Notes: generated by a model from the sequence alone, not told the origin. 32,000 bases of DNA from Nostoc punctiforme PCC 73102 (GCF_000020025.1 NC_010628.1:4950001-4982000), one strand, 5' to 3'; positions 16,752-25,421 are shown, counted from the first letter of the stretch. Numbers and translations: made by a program.

Positions 16752-17627
16752 ATGGCACTGGATTTTTCCACCTTGCCCTTGGCGTTTCAATTTACTTCTC
16801 CAGGACCTATTCTGGTGAAATTAGGGCCACTAAGTATCCGATGGTATGGCTTATTGATTGCCACAGCAGTGTTAATTGGCGTAATCCTTTCTCAAGAATT
16901 GGCAAAGCGCCGTAATGTTAATCCTGAGTTGCTAGGCGATTTGTTTTTTTGGTTGTTGATTGGGGCAATTCCCGGCGCACGGCTATATTACGTTTTCTTT
17001 GAATGGTCAAAATATGCCCCAACTCCAGGAAAAATTTTCGCTATCTGGGAAGGAGGTATTGCCATTCATGGAGCAATTATTGGTGGCGTTTTGGCTGCGT
17101 TAATCTTTGCCAAAATCAAGCAGGTTTCTTTCTGGCAACTGGCAGATTTAGTAGCACCTTCGCTGATTTTAGGGCAGGCGATCGGACGTTGGGGCAATTT
17201 CTTTAATTCTGAAGCTTTTGGCGATCCTACTGATTTACCCTGGAAGCTGTATATACCACCAGACCATCGTCCTTTAGAATATGCTAGTTTCGATTACTTC
17301 CATCCCACCTTTCTGTATGAATCTCTATGGGATTTAATGGTGTTTACACTACTCATAACGTTGTTTTTCCGGTCTTTATCCGGTAAGCCACGTTTAAAGG
17401 TAGGCACTCTGTTTTTAGTTTACTGGCCAGCCTACAGCTTAGGACGCTTGTGGATTGAAGGTTTCCGTACTGATAGCTTAATGCTGGGGCCATTACGAAT
17501 GGCACAAGTAGTCAGTAGTCTAGGAATTTTATTTGGATTAGTTGGATTAGCTTGGCTTTACTTACTCAAACGCCCTTTACCCGATGTAGTGCCTACTCCC
17601 AAGGGAAATGGAGAGATGAGGGGATAA
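16752..17627 (+). CDS. lgt: Prolipoprotein diacylglyceryl transferase
   Basis: Polytopic protein with [37 protein letters not shown] and [10 protein letters not shown], which are Lgt signature blocks. Confidence 0.9.
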   Translation: MALDFSTLPLAFQFTSPGPILVKLGPLSIRWYGLLIATAVLIGVILSQELAKRRNVNPELLGDLFFWLLIGAIPGARLYYVFFEWSKYAPTPGKIFAIWEGGIAIHGAIIGGVLAALIFAKIKQVSFWQLADLVAPSLILGQAIGRWGNFFNSEAFGDPTDLPWKLYIPPDHRPLEYASFDYFHPTFLYESLWDLMVFTLLITLFFRSLSGKPRLKVGTLFLVYWPAYSLGRLWIEGFRTDSLMLGPLRMAQVVSSLGILFGLVGLAWLYLLKRPLPDVVPTPKGNGEMRG

Positions 17628-17630
17628 GGG

Positions 17631-17666
17631 AGACAAGGGGCTGTTTTTCCAATTCCCAATGCCCAA
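17631..17666. repeat. Left copy of a 36-bp inverted repeat bracketing cobM
   Basis: The reverse complement of agacaaggggctgtttttccaattcccaatgcccaa matches 18624-18659 at about 33 of 36 positions. Confidence 0.8.
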
Positions 17667-17797
17667 AAATAAAAAATGCCCCAGAATATTTTCTAGGGCT
17701 TAACCAGGGTGCATCTACCATTACTCTCTACTAGGGAAAGAGGGTGAATCCGGAAAGATACTGAGAAAATATCAAAAAAGTTTTTTGAGGGATTGCC

Positions 17798-18622
17798 GTG
17801 GGTTCTTCTAAAAGTGAATATACAGAAAACCTGAGTTATAAAAAAACGCTATATGCCATAGAACCATCTGTGTATATTGTCGGAGCAGGCCCTGGAGATC
17901 CGGATTTATTGACGGTGAAGGCGCAGAAACTACTTGCTGTTGCTGATGTGATTTTATTTGCTGATTCTCTAATACCCGAACAGATTTTAGAACTTTGCCG
18001 AAAAGATGCGGAGATAATTAGAACTGCGAATCAGACTTTAGAAGAGATTTTGCCGATTATGATCGATAGGGTGCGATCGCAGCAAAAATCTCTAGTCCGT
18101 CTCCATTCTGGCGATCCTAGTCTCTACAGCGCCATTCACGAGCAAATGCACCTCCTCGCAGAGGCAAATATTCCTTTTGAAGTCATACCTGGTATCAGCG
18201 CTTTTCAAGCTGCTGCTGCCAAACTCAAAGTAGAACTAACTGTGCCCGGTTTAGTCCAAACCATCATTTTGACCCGCATCAGTGGACGTACAGAAGTCCC
18301 AGCCAATGAGGAATTAGCTTCTCTCGCAGCACATCAAGCTAGCCTCTGCTTATATCTCAGTGCGCGTCACGTTGAAAATGCCCAAGCTAAACTACTCGAA
18401 CACTATCCGGCTGAAACCCCCATTGCAATCTGCTTTCGTATCGGATGGCCTGATGAAAAAATTAAGGTTGTCCCCCTGAATGAAATGGCGGAATGTACTC
18501 ATAAAGAAAAACTAATTCGTACTACGCTTTATATAATAAGTCCAGCCCTCTCGACAGCAAAAGGGCGATCGCGTTTATATCATCCCGAACATAGTCACCT
18601 GTTTCGCTCATCTCATAACTGA
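17798..18622 (+). CDS. cobM: Precorrin-4 C11-methyltransferase (CobM/CbiF)
   Basis: VYIVGAGPGDPDLLTVKAQKLLAVADVILFADSLIP...VRLHSGDPSLYSA is the tetrapyrrole methylase family pattern with a CobM-like arrangement. The start is uncertain: GTG at 17798 or the in-frame GTG at 17870, just before YIVGAGPGD. Confidence 0.82.
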   Translation: MGSSKSEYTENLSYKKTLYAIEPSVYIVGAGPGDPDLLTVKAQKLLAVADVILFADSLIPEQILELCRKDAEIIRTANQTLEEILPIMIDRVRSQQKSLVRLHSGDPSLYSAIHEQMHLLAEANIPFEVIPGISAFQAAAAKLKVELTVPGLVQTIILTRISGRTEVPANEELASLAAHQASLCLYLSARHVENAQAKLLEHYPAETPIAICFRIGWPDEKIKVVPLNEMAECTHKEKLIRTTLYIISPALSTAKGRSRLYHPEHSHLFRSSHN

Positions 18623-18623
18623 A

Positions 18624-18659
18624 TTGGGAATTGGGAATTGGGAAAACTGCCCCTTGTCT
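18624..18659. repeat. Right copy of the 36-bp inverted repeat bracketing cobM
   Basis: ttgggaattgggaattgggaaaactgccccttgtct begins two bases after the cobM stop codon. It is the partner of 17631-17666. Confidence 0.8.
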
Positions 18660-18728
18660 AGCTTATTCCCGTCATCTGCTGTGCGGTTCGGTAAACTTAA
18701 CAGTGTGAATAATTTCTAATTTAGTACT

Positions 18729-19082
18729 ATGCCATTAATTAAAGTGCAAACTTCTGTATCTGCTCCTCAAAAAGCTGAAATTGAATCAATGCTTTTAAAT
18801 CTATCTGCCAAGTTAGCGAAACATTTGGGAAAACCAGAATCTTATGTAATGACTGCTTTTGAGCCAGAAATTCCTATGACCTTTGCGGGAAATACAGACC
18901 CGGTTTGCTACATTGAGATTAAGAGCATTGGCACGATGAAGCCAGACCAAACCGCAGCAATGAGTCAGGAATTTTGCCAGCAGATTAACCAAACTCTAGG
19001 TGTACCTAAAAATCGCATTTACATCGAGTTTGCAGACGCTAAGGGGGCAATGTGGGGCTGGAACGGCACAACCTTTGGTTAA
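18729..19082 (+). CDS. Macrophage migration inhibitory factor (MIF)/tautomerase-superfamily protein
   Basis: 117 aa. It starts MPLIKVQTS, giving the catalytic Pro1 after Met removal, and shows the beta-alpha-beta pattern ...ESYVMTAFEPEIPMTFAGNTDPVCYIEIKSIG.... Confidence 0.78.
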   Translation: MPLIKVQTSVSAPQKAEIESMLLNLSAKLAKHLGKPESYVMTAFEPEIPMTFAGNTDPVCYIEIKSIGTMKPDQTAAMSQEFCQQINQTLGVPKNRIYIEFADAKGAMWGWNGTTFG

Positions 19083-19124
19083 TTCCCCATGTTCTTTGGT
19101 CAAGGCTAACTTGATCTTGGCAGG

Positions 19125-19162
19125 TGTAGGATAGAGATCCTACATCAATTCTTGATTTTTTT
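19125..19162 (+). terminator. Candidate terminator after the MIF-like gene, immediately before rlmN
   Basis: Stem tgtaggat (19125-19132) pairs with atcctaca (19137-19144) around the loop agag. A T-run lies at 19155-19162, about 10 nt beyond the stem, which is not ideal geometry. Confidence 0.4.
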
Positions 19163-20257
19163 ATGTCTGCTACACCTCTTGTATCTCAGGTTGACTCACA
19201 CAACCCAGAAAAATCAAAATTAATCCCTCCCCTTCTCGGTGCTTCTGTTGCGGAGTTAAGTGCTTGGGTGCAGCAACAAGGACAACCTGCTTACAGAGGA
19301 AAGCAACTGCATGAATGGATCTACGATAAGGGAGTGCGATCGCTAGCTGATATTTCTGTCTTCTCTAAGCAATGGCGTGCGGAAGTAGCAGAAATCCCCA
19401 TTGGGCGCTCAACTTTACACTACCGCTCTGTGGCTCCCGATGGCACAGTCAAATATCTTTTACGATTAACAGATGGCCAAATTATTGAAACTGTTGGTAT
19501 CCCCACCTTCGCAGAAAGGGGAGAAGGCCCAAAAGCCCGTCTGACAGTTTGCGTCTCTACTCAGGTGGGTTGCCCAATGGCGTGTGATTTCTGTGCTACT
19601 GGTAAGGGAGGCTACAAGCGCAACCTAGCACGGCATGAAATTATCGATCAGGTGTTAACCGTGCAAGAAGATTTTCAGCAACGGGTTAGCAATGTCGTGT
19701 TCATGGGACTAGGTGAACCGTTGTTGAATACTGAGAATGTCCTCGCAGCGCTGAAATCTCTAAATCAAGATATTGGTATCGGACAGCGATCGCTTACAGT
19801 TTCTACAGTTGGTATTCGCGATCGCATTCGTCAGTTCGCGCAAAATAATTTGCAAATCACTCTGGCTGTCAGTCTCCATGCACCCAACCAAGCACTGCGA
19901 GAAAAACTCATCCCCAGCGCCCGCGCCTATCCTCTAGAAGAGTTGTTGGCTGAATGTCGAGAATATGTAGAAATCACTGGACGGCGCGTTACCTTTGAAT
20001 ATGTTCTCCTGGCTGGTGTCAACGATTTACCAGAACACGCATTAGAACTTTCAAAATGTATGCGAGGATTTCAAAGTCATGTGAATTTGATTCCTTACAA
20101 CCCCATCCAAGAAGTGGACTACAAACGCCCCAACCGCGATCGCATTGAAGCGTTTGTTAACGTCCTTAAGCAACAAAATACTGCTGTTAGTGTGCGTTAT
20201 TCGCGTGGTTTAGAAGCCGATGCTGCTTGCGGGCAATTGAGAGCAAGTAAAAATTAA
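19163..20257 (+). CDS. rlmN: 23S rRNA/tRNA adenine-C2 methyltransferase RlmN (radical SAM)
   Basis: Radical-SAM cluster [11 protein letters not shown], plus the blocks [11 protein letters not shown] and ADAACGQL typical of RlmN/Cfr. Confidence 0.9.
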   Translation: MSATPLVSQVDSHNPEKSKLIPPLLGASVAELSAWVQQQGQPAYRGKQLHEWIYDKGVRSLADISVFSKQWRAEVAEIPIGRSTLHYRSVAPDGTVKYLLRLTDGQIIETVGIPTFAERGEGPKARLTVCVSTQVGCPMACDFCATGKGGYKRNLARHEIIDQVLTVQEDFQQRVSNVVFMGLGEPLLNTENVLAALKSLNQDIGIGQRSLTVSTVGIRDRIRQFAQNNLQITLAVSLHAPNQALREKLIPSARAYPLEELLAECREYVEITGRRVTFEYVLLAGVNDLPEHALELSKCMRGFQSHVNLIPYNPIQEVDYKRPNRDRIEAFVNVLKQQNTAVSVRYSRGLEADAACGQLRASKN

Positions 20258-20296
20258 ACTTGTTGCAGCCAATTCTATGAATGAATATTAAACCGC

Positions 20297-20339
20297 AGAT
20301 AAACACAGATATATCTAAGAAATTATCTCTGTTTATCTA
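20297..20339. repeat. 14-bp imperfect hairpin of the CAGATAAACACAGAT type downstream of rlmN
   Basis: agataaacacagat (20297-20310) pairs with atctctgtttatct (20326-20339) with one mismatch and a 15-nt loop. No T-run follows. Confidence 0.4.
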
Positions 20340-20825
20340 TGGTGTGAAATCGCCTGAAATGCTTTGTAGAGAAGTTTTCAGATATTGAGACTATGACGGG
20401 CGATAGAGAACAGAAAATGGTGTAGTTCAATTACTTGAAAAGCTTCGTAACTGAACCGTACCAGGTAGATGGATTACGGAAATCCGACAACCTATGTAAA
20501 AAATTTGAATGTATAATTTAATTAGTGATGAATATATGAAAAGCGAGAGTTTTATGCAAAATCAACATAATGCACTAGATATAATCTTGATTTAGCAAGC
20601 TATTCTCAATACACTAATATTTAGAAAAAGTTATGGACTGAAGAATATTAAGCACGTTGGCGTAGTCAGACGTAAGTATCGCGCAAGCCCATAACGGTAA
20701 ATAAAACATTAGCTTTAGTGAACTATTCCAAGCCCCTGTATTTATCTTGTATAAGGTAATTGTGTTGAGATTTTAAGGGTTTAGCGATCGTTCAACCCAA
20801 CCTATAACAATGAGGAAATAACTGT

Positions 20826-21332
20826 ATGTTAAATCGCTTGTCGCTATTTAAAGCATGGCTACTATTAATTGTGCTTGCAAAAGCTTTATCGATTAGTTTT
20901 CCTGCTAATGCCCAAATAATTCAGACGAATCCCCAGACGCAAGATTCATTTGAAGAAAGAATTAGACAACAACAAGATTCATTTCAAGAAAGAATCAGAC
21001 AACAACAAGAAGAGCAAAATCAGCAAACACAAGAACGAATGAGGGAAGCATGGCTACGGCAAAACCTTCAACAACCTCAACTACTACAACCACAACAGAC
21101 AATACAACAGCAACAATTTACACGGCAACGGCAAGAAATGCTCCGCCAGCAACAATTTAGACTACAACAAGACCAACTGAGAATACAACAACAAGAATTT
21201 TCTCGACAGCAACAACTGAGAATACAAGATCAACAACTCAGACAAGATCAACAAATTAGACAACAGGAAGAATTTAGATTACAAGAACAGAGACGACAGC
21301 AACAATTCAGACAACAGAATAAGAACTTGTAA
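20826..21332 (+). CDS. Secreted Gln/Arg-rich low-complexity repeat protein; function unknown
   Basis: Sec-type signal peptide MLNRLSLFKAWLLLIVLAKALSISFPANA-Q. The rest is Q/R/E repeats (DSFEERIRQQQ twice, then LRIQQQEFSRQQQLRIQDQQLRQDQQIRQQEEFRLQEQRRQQQFRQQ). A GAGGA Shine-Dalgarno sequence lies 9-13 nt upstream. Confidence 0.6.
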   Translation: MLNRLSLFKAWLLLIVLAKALSISFPANAQIIQTNPQTQDSFEERIRQQQDSFQERIRQQQEEQNQQTQERMREAWLRQNLQQPQLLQPQQTIQQQQFTRQRQEMLRQQQFRLQQDQLRIQQQEFSRQQQLRIQDQQLRQDQQIRQQEEFRLQEQRRQQQFRQQNKNL

Positions 21333-21364
21333 AGCCTTCAGAATTTATCATAAGTGACTTTATT

Positions 21365-21407
21365 ATTAAAAATTAGAGAAAACATTCTCCAATTTTTAAT
21401 TTTTATT
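21365..21407. terminator. Bidirectional AT-rich terminator hairpin between convergent genes
   Basis: attaaaaattagaga (21365-21379) pairs with tctccaatttttaat (21386-21400) with one mismatch and a 6-nt loop. A T-run follows on the + strand, with A/T runs on both sides. Confidence 0.5.
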
Positions 21408-21409
21408 AT

Positions 21410-21589
21410 CTAGCGTTGTGCATAAATTCCTGGTGCATAAGCCTCAATGACTTTGCCAGTACGAGTACAACTAATCATCAAGTAGTCACAACTAGAGCAT
21501 TGTGTTCGAGTTAATTGACTATCAGAAATATAATAACGTTCTGCTTGGCAGCCGCAATTTGGGCAGTAAATCTTTTGTACTGTCTGCAT
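21410..21589 (-). CDS. 59-aa zinc-ribbon miniprotein (CxxC...CxxC), missing from the ORF track
   Basis: My translation is MQTVQKIYCPNCGCQAERYYISDSQLTRTQCSSCDYLMISCTRTGKVIEAYAPGIYAQR*. GGGG lies 7 nt upstream of the ATG. The GC content is higher than in the surrounding spacer, and the gene ends at the shared terminator. Confidence 0.55.
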   Translation of the reverse strand: MQTVQKIYCPNCGCQAERYYISDSQLTRTQCSSCDYLMISCTRTGKVIEAYAPGIYAQR

Positions 21590-22041
21590 TTTAAAACCCC
21601 TGGTTGTAATTTATTTTTATTTGAGAAAACTGCCAGTTAAAGTAGCAATAATTTTGGTCTGACCCAACTTAACAAACGACCTTAATATTGGCTGATTATT
21701 TTAAACAAAATTTCAGGTTTGAAAATTTTCGATATCTTTGTATATTATCCTAGAATTTAAGTGATCTTACCCTCCTACTTTAGATACATAAATTATTTTT
21801 TAGTTAAATTCCGCTTAGAGATTTACTGATCCCTATGACGAATGCCTTGAGAGACCCCTATTTATAGTCATTTCAGACTAATACAAAAAAAGCCGTTCTT
21901 GTATTCAAAAATTAAAACCAATAAATTACTGTATCTTTAGTCACAAAATTTCTATCTTAAGATTTAGTTAATATTTACTAGCAAGATTGATGACGTTAAA
22001 TTCTAATGAAATAATTTAATTAAAATTAGCATACTTGTGAG

Positions 22042-22061
22042 ATACCGTAAATTTACGGTAT
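22042..22061. repeat. Perfect 20-bp palindrome ATACCGTAAATTTACGGTAT
   Basis: Exact dyad symmetry inside an AT-rich, ORF-free spacer. Its function is unknown; it could be an operator or a hairpin. Confidence 0.9.
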
Positions 22062-22141
22062 TTACACATCTTAAATATTCGCAGACAACCTTGACTGAAT
22101 TCTGTGTGAGAGTGGAACCAATACGGTTCGGTTAAGGCAAG

Positions 22142-22206
22142 AGACGCGATAAATCGCCGTCTTTACAATAATCAGTCCTTTGTAGAGACGGCGATTTACC
22201 GCGTCT
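22142..22206. repeat. Hairpin pair of the palindromic repeat family (26-bp arms, 13-nt loop) downstream of uvrC
   Basis: agacgcgataaatcgccgtctttaca (22142-22167) and tgtagagacggcgatttaccgcgtct (22181-22206) are complementary at 24 of 26 positions. CAATACGGTTCGGTTAAGG precedes them at 22118-22137. Confidence 0.75.
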
Positions 22207-22289
22207 TTGCGATTTTATTGTCTAAGCACTCAATTATTTACTACAAAATTTTTACCCATTAATTGAAATTTGACAAACTATTGTTTTCC

Positions 22290-24173
22290 TCAAGCAGGAT
22301 GAAAATAATCGTAAATTTCTTGAGCTAAACGCGGCCCAATTCCTGGAACCTCAGCGAGTTGTGGGGTTGTTGCTTGGCGAATATAATCAACTGAGCGAAA
22401 ATGCCCTAGTAACTGCTTTTGTCGATGATGTCCTAAGCCAGGAATTTCATCTAAACGCGATCGCTTCAATTTATCACTGCGTTGCTGACGATGGAAACTG
22501 ACTGCAAACCGATGTGCTTCATCTCGTAGCCGCCGCAACAATTGCACCCCTGGTTGTTCTGCATCAGTTGACGAGGGTTTAGATTCTCCCGGTAAAAAAA
22601 TCTCTTCTCGCTGCTTTGCTAAACTTACAACTCGCAAGTCTTCTAATAAATTCATCTCTTGCAAAACGGCGGTAACTGAAGATAACTGACCTTTACCTCC
22701 ATCAATCATGATTAAATCAGGCCAATCTGGATTACCCAAACGTGACAATTGTGGATCTTCCGCATACTTACGGAAGCGTCTCTGGATAACTTCAGCAAGA
22801 CTAGCAAAATCATCTGAATGTCCCGCCGTCACAGTGGGATTTTTAATTTTGTAGTGGCGATAATGCTGTTTAGCGGGTAAACCGTCGATAAACACAACTT
22901 GGGAAGCTACAGCATTTGACCCTTGAATGTGGGAAATGTCATAACCTTCGATGCGATGGGGTACATCTGGTAAATCGAGAATCGCTGCTAAATCTTGCAT
23001 TGCTTGGTGATTGCGATCGCCAAATTTCTGCATTCTTTGCAATTCATACTGAGCATTTCGCTCTACCATCTCAATTAATTCTGCCTTAGTTTGCCGCAAA
23101 GGAGTCAAAATCGTGACTTTTTTGCCTTTACGTTGAGTTAAGACATCCGCCAATATGTCGCTATCTGGTAAATCATGCTGTACCAGAATTTCTAAGGGTA
23201 TTTCTACTGAGTCAGCAGTTTGATAATGTTCCTCCAAAGCTCGTTGTAAAATAGCTCCTAGTTCTGCATGAGCATCAGCCACAAAAGCTAAACGCCCTAC
23301 CAATTGTCCAGCGCGAATCTGGAATAGTTGAATACAGGCGTGTTCTTCGTTAGCTGCCAGTGCGATCGCATCCCGTGAAACTGTATCATCTGGTAAAGAT
23401 ACCTTTTGGTCAGCAGTCAGCGACTTTAACCCAGAAATTTGATCGCGAATTCGCGCCGCTGACTCAAAATTCAAGTTTTCAGCAGCTGCGTTCATCTGTT
23501 GGGTCAAAATATCAATCAGTTCCTGAGTTCGACCTTGAAAAACCATCGCGATTTTTTGGACAATTTTGCGATATTCTTCTGGTGAAGTCAGCTTTTGACA
23601 CACACCCGGACAACGCCCTAAATCATAATTTAAGCACGGACGGTCTTTGAAAAGTGGTTGAGGTCGTTGTCGCTGAGGAAAGATGCGCTTGCAGATACGG
23701 ACAATCTCTCGCAATAAACCAGCATCAGTATAAGGCCCATAAAATTTATCTTTTTCTTTGCCCAATTGACGTTTACGGGTAATAAAAATTCGCGGATAAT
23801 CTTCTGACCAAGTAATGCAAAGATAGGGATATTTTTTATCATCTTTGAGCAGCACATTGAAGTATGGCTGGTGCTGCTTAATCAAATTGGCTTCTAGCGC
23901 TAAAGCTTCGGCTTCAGTATCAGTGACGATGAATTCAATTTCTGTCACTAACTTAACCATCGTGGCAATGCGTTCAGTCTTGTTGTAGCCATCCCGGAAA
24001 TAGGAACGAACACGCGATCGCAATTTACGTGACTTACCTATATATATAATGCGATCGCTGTTGTCCCGCATGAAATAAACCCCCGGTTCCGGTGGAATTT
24101 CGGCTAGACGATTTTCCAGTCGTTCCGGCTCTTTAACCAGTGGTAGTATTTGAGTAGATATTGTCACAACCAA
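22290..24173 (-). CDS. uvrC: Excinuclease ABC subunit C
   Basis: GIY-YIG N-terminus (PGVYFMRD...IIYIGKS...LRSRVRSY), a UVR domain, an Endo V-like domain and a C-terminal (HhH)2 (IPGLG...[12 protein letters not shown]). The start is non-ATG: TTG at 24171-24173 or GTG at 24165-24167. Confidence 0.92.
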
Positions 24174-24797
24174 AATTAGGTAATCTTTCTCTATTTTAAG
24201 AAAAATTCTTTTTTCGTGCCGATTTCATAGAGTAATTATCAATTAAATATAAAGTAAGAATACTTTTAGTCTATAGATATTTCTGTGGCTACCTACGAGT
24301 TCTCCAACGGAGTACCCGCAGATTGGTTTACAATCTGATATAAATCCCGCCACTATCTCAATTAACAAGACTTGGGGCAAAATCCCCTTGTAAAGAAAAA
24401 TCAGCCACTTCCGCCACAGTTTCCTAGATACCTTACTACACACATCACAATTTTGGAGCAGATAAGAGTTTATGGAGCTACTATCTTATTTGCCATCTGT
24501 TACTGTCAGAATCAAAACTTGGCTTTTTTAATCTCTAATTAATATTTAGAAACAGATAATATTTTATTATTTAAAACTTTATTTTATTGAGTTATTAACT
24601 TTATATGTTCTTGGCTAAAATTAATGAAGATCAAAATTTCTGATTATATAAATACAATGTAATTAATTATAAATAAACAGTAATTTTCATTATCAATTCA
24701 ACTTGTAATATTAAGCGATTTAACGGATTTAGGAAGTTATATTTACGAATATGATTATAAATATAGTTATGATAATAATTAAGGTAACAATTAAATT

Positions 24798-24977
24798 ATG
24801 AACCTACAAGACTTTGAAGCCCAGTACCGTGAAGCTATGGCTGAAACGCTCAATGAGCTGCAAACCGCAGTTTTGCTGTTAGCACAAGTACAAAATAAAA
24901 TTTTAACAATTGGCACTTCTGTACAACATATTAGTCAGCAAGTTGAAGAGTTCATTGAAGAGCAAAAAGCCGAATAA
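24798..24977 (+). CDS. 59-aa predicted all-helical acidic miniprotein, missing from the ORF track; function unknown
   Basis: My translation is MNLQDFEAQYREAMAETLNELQTAVLLLAQVQNKILTIGTSVQHISQQVEEFIEEQKAE*. This is a clear GC-richer block within about 20-25% GC spacer. There is no strong Shine-Dalgarno sequence. It ends 21 nt from the stop of the convergent receiver gene. Confidence 0.45.
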   Translation: MNLQDFEAQYREAMAETLNELQTAVLLLAQVQNKILTIGTSVQHISQQVEEFIEEQKAE

Positions 24978-24998
24978 AGGTATGCCAAGTAAAAAACT

Positions 24999-25421
24999 CT
25001 ATCTATGGCAACAAGTCAACTCTTCTTCAATTGTAAGTATAAGATCCTTGAGTTTTAGAGGTTTGACAAAATATCGGCGTGCGCCTAAACTCATAGCTAA
25101 TTCTTGATCTGCTTTAAAAGCAAAAGCGGAAACCACAATGATAGGTATTTTTGACAAATCAGGTTTTTGCTGGACTTGTTTTAAGAGCGAATAACCGTCA
25201 ATATCTGGTAACTTCAAATCTAATAACATTAAATCTGGTTTAAATTTATCTATAGTCGAGAAAAAAGTAGAGCCTTCAGATAAGCTTTGGACATCGTACC
25301 CACAGTAACTTAGATAGTCACTCAGTAACAACCTATTGAGATAATGGTCTTCAACTAGCAAAATTCGTCTAACTTTGTGTGACCGCAATGGCTGATCTGT
25401 ATTGAAGAATTGTGCTGTCAT
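24999..25421 (-). CDS. Stand-alone CheY-like response regulator receiver domain
   Basis: 140 aa. It has the acidic pair in ILLVEDH, the phospho-acceptor context DLMLLDLKLPDIDG, then IIVVSA and the conserved Lys in YFVKPLK. There is no output domain and no kinase in the window. Confidence 0.85.
   Translation of the reverse strand: MTAQFFNTDQPLRSHKVRRILLVEDHYLNRLLLSDYLSYCGYDVQSLSEGSTFFSTIDKFKPDLMLLDLKLPDIDGYSLLKQVQQKPDLSKIPIIVVSAFAFKADQELAMSLGARRYFVKPLKLKDLILTIEEELTCCHR

Noticed and set aside
23360-23857. ORFs 23360-23650 (+) and 23630-23857 (-)
   Set aside because: Both lie inside the uvrC coding region, in other frames or on the other strand. uvrC has full-length family support, so I rejected them.
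24318-24346. tRNA-like anticodon-style hairpin (agatt-ggtttac-aatct)
   Set aside because: The loop lacks U33 on the + strand, and the minus-strand reading would give the unused anticodon AAA. No T-arm (GTTCRANYC) or acceptor stem can be built. It is not a tRNA.
24243-24443. 66-aa minus-strand ORF upstream of uvrC
   Set aside because: It has no Shine-Dalgarno sequence, an odd composition and no motif, and it lies in AT-rich spacer. It is probably spurious, although the region (24270-24450) is somewhat GC-richer and could be an RNA.
24910-25107. 65-aa + strand ORF
   Set aside because: It overlaps the 3' end of the small helical ORF out of frame and runs antisense into the receiver gene. It is a shadow ORF.
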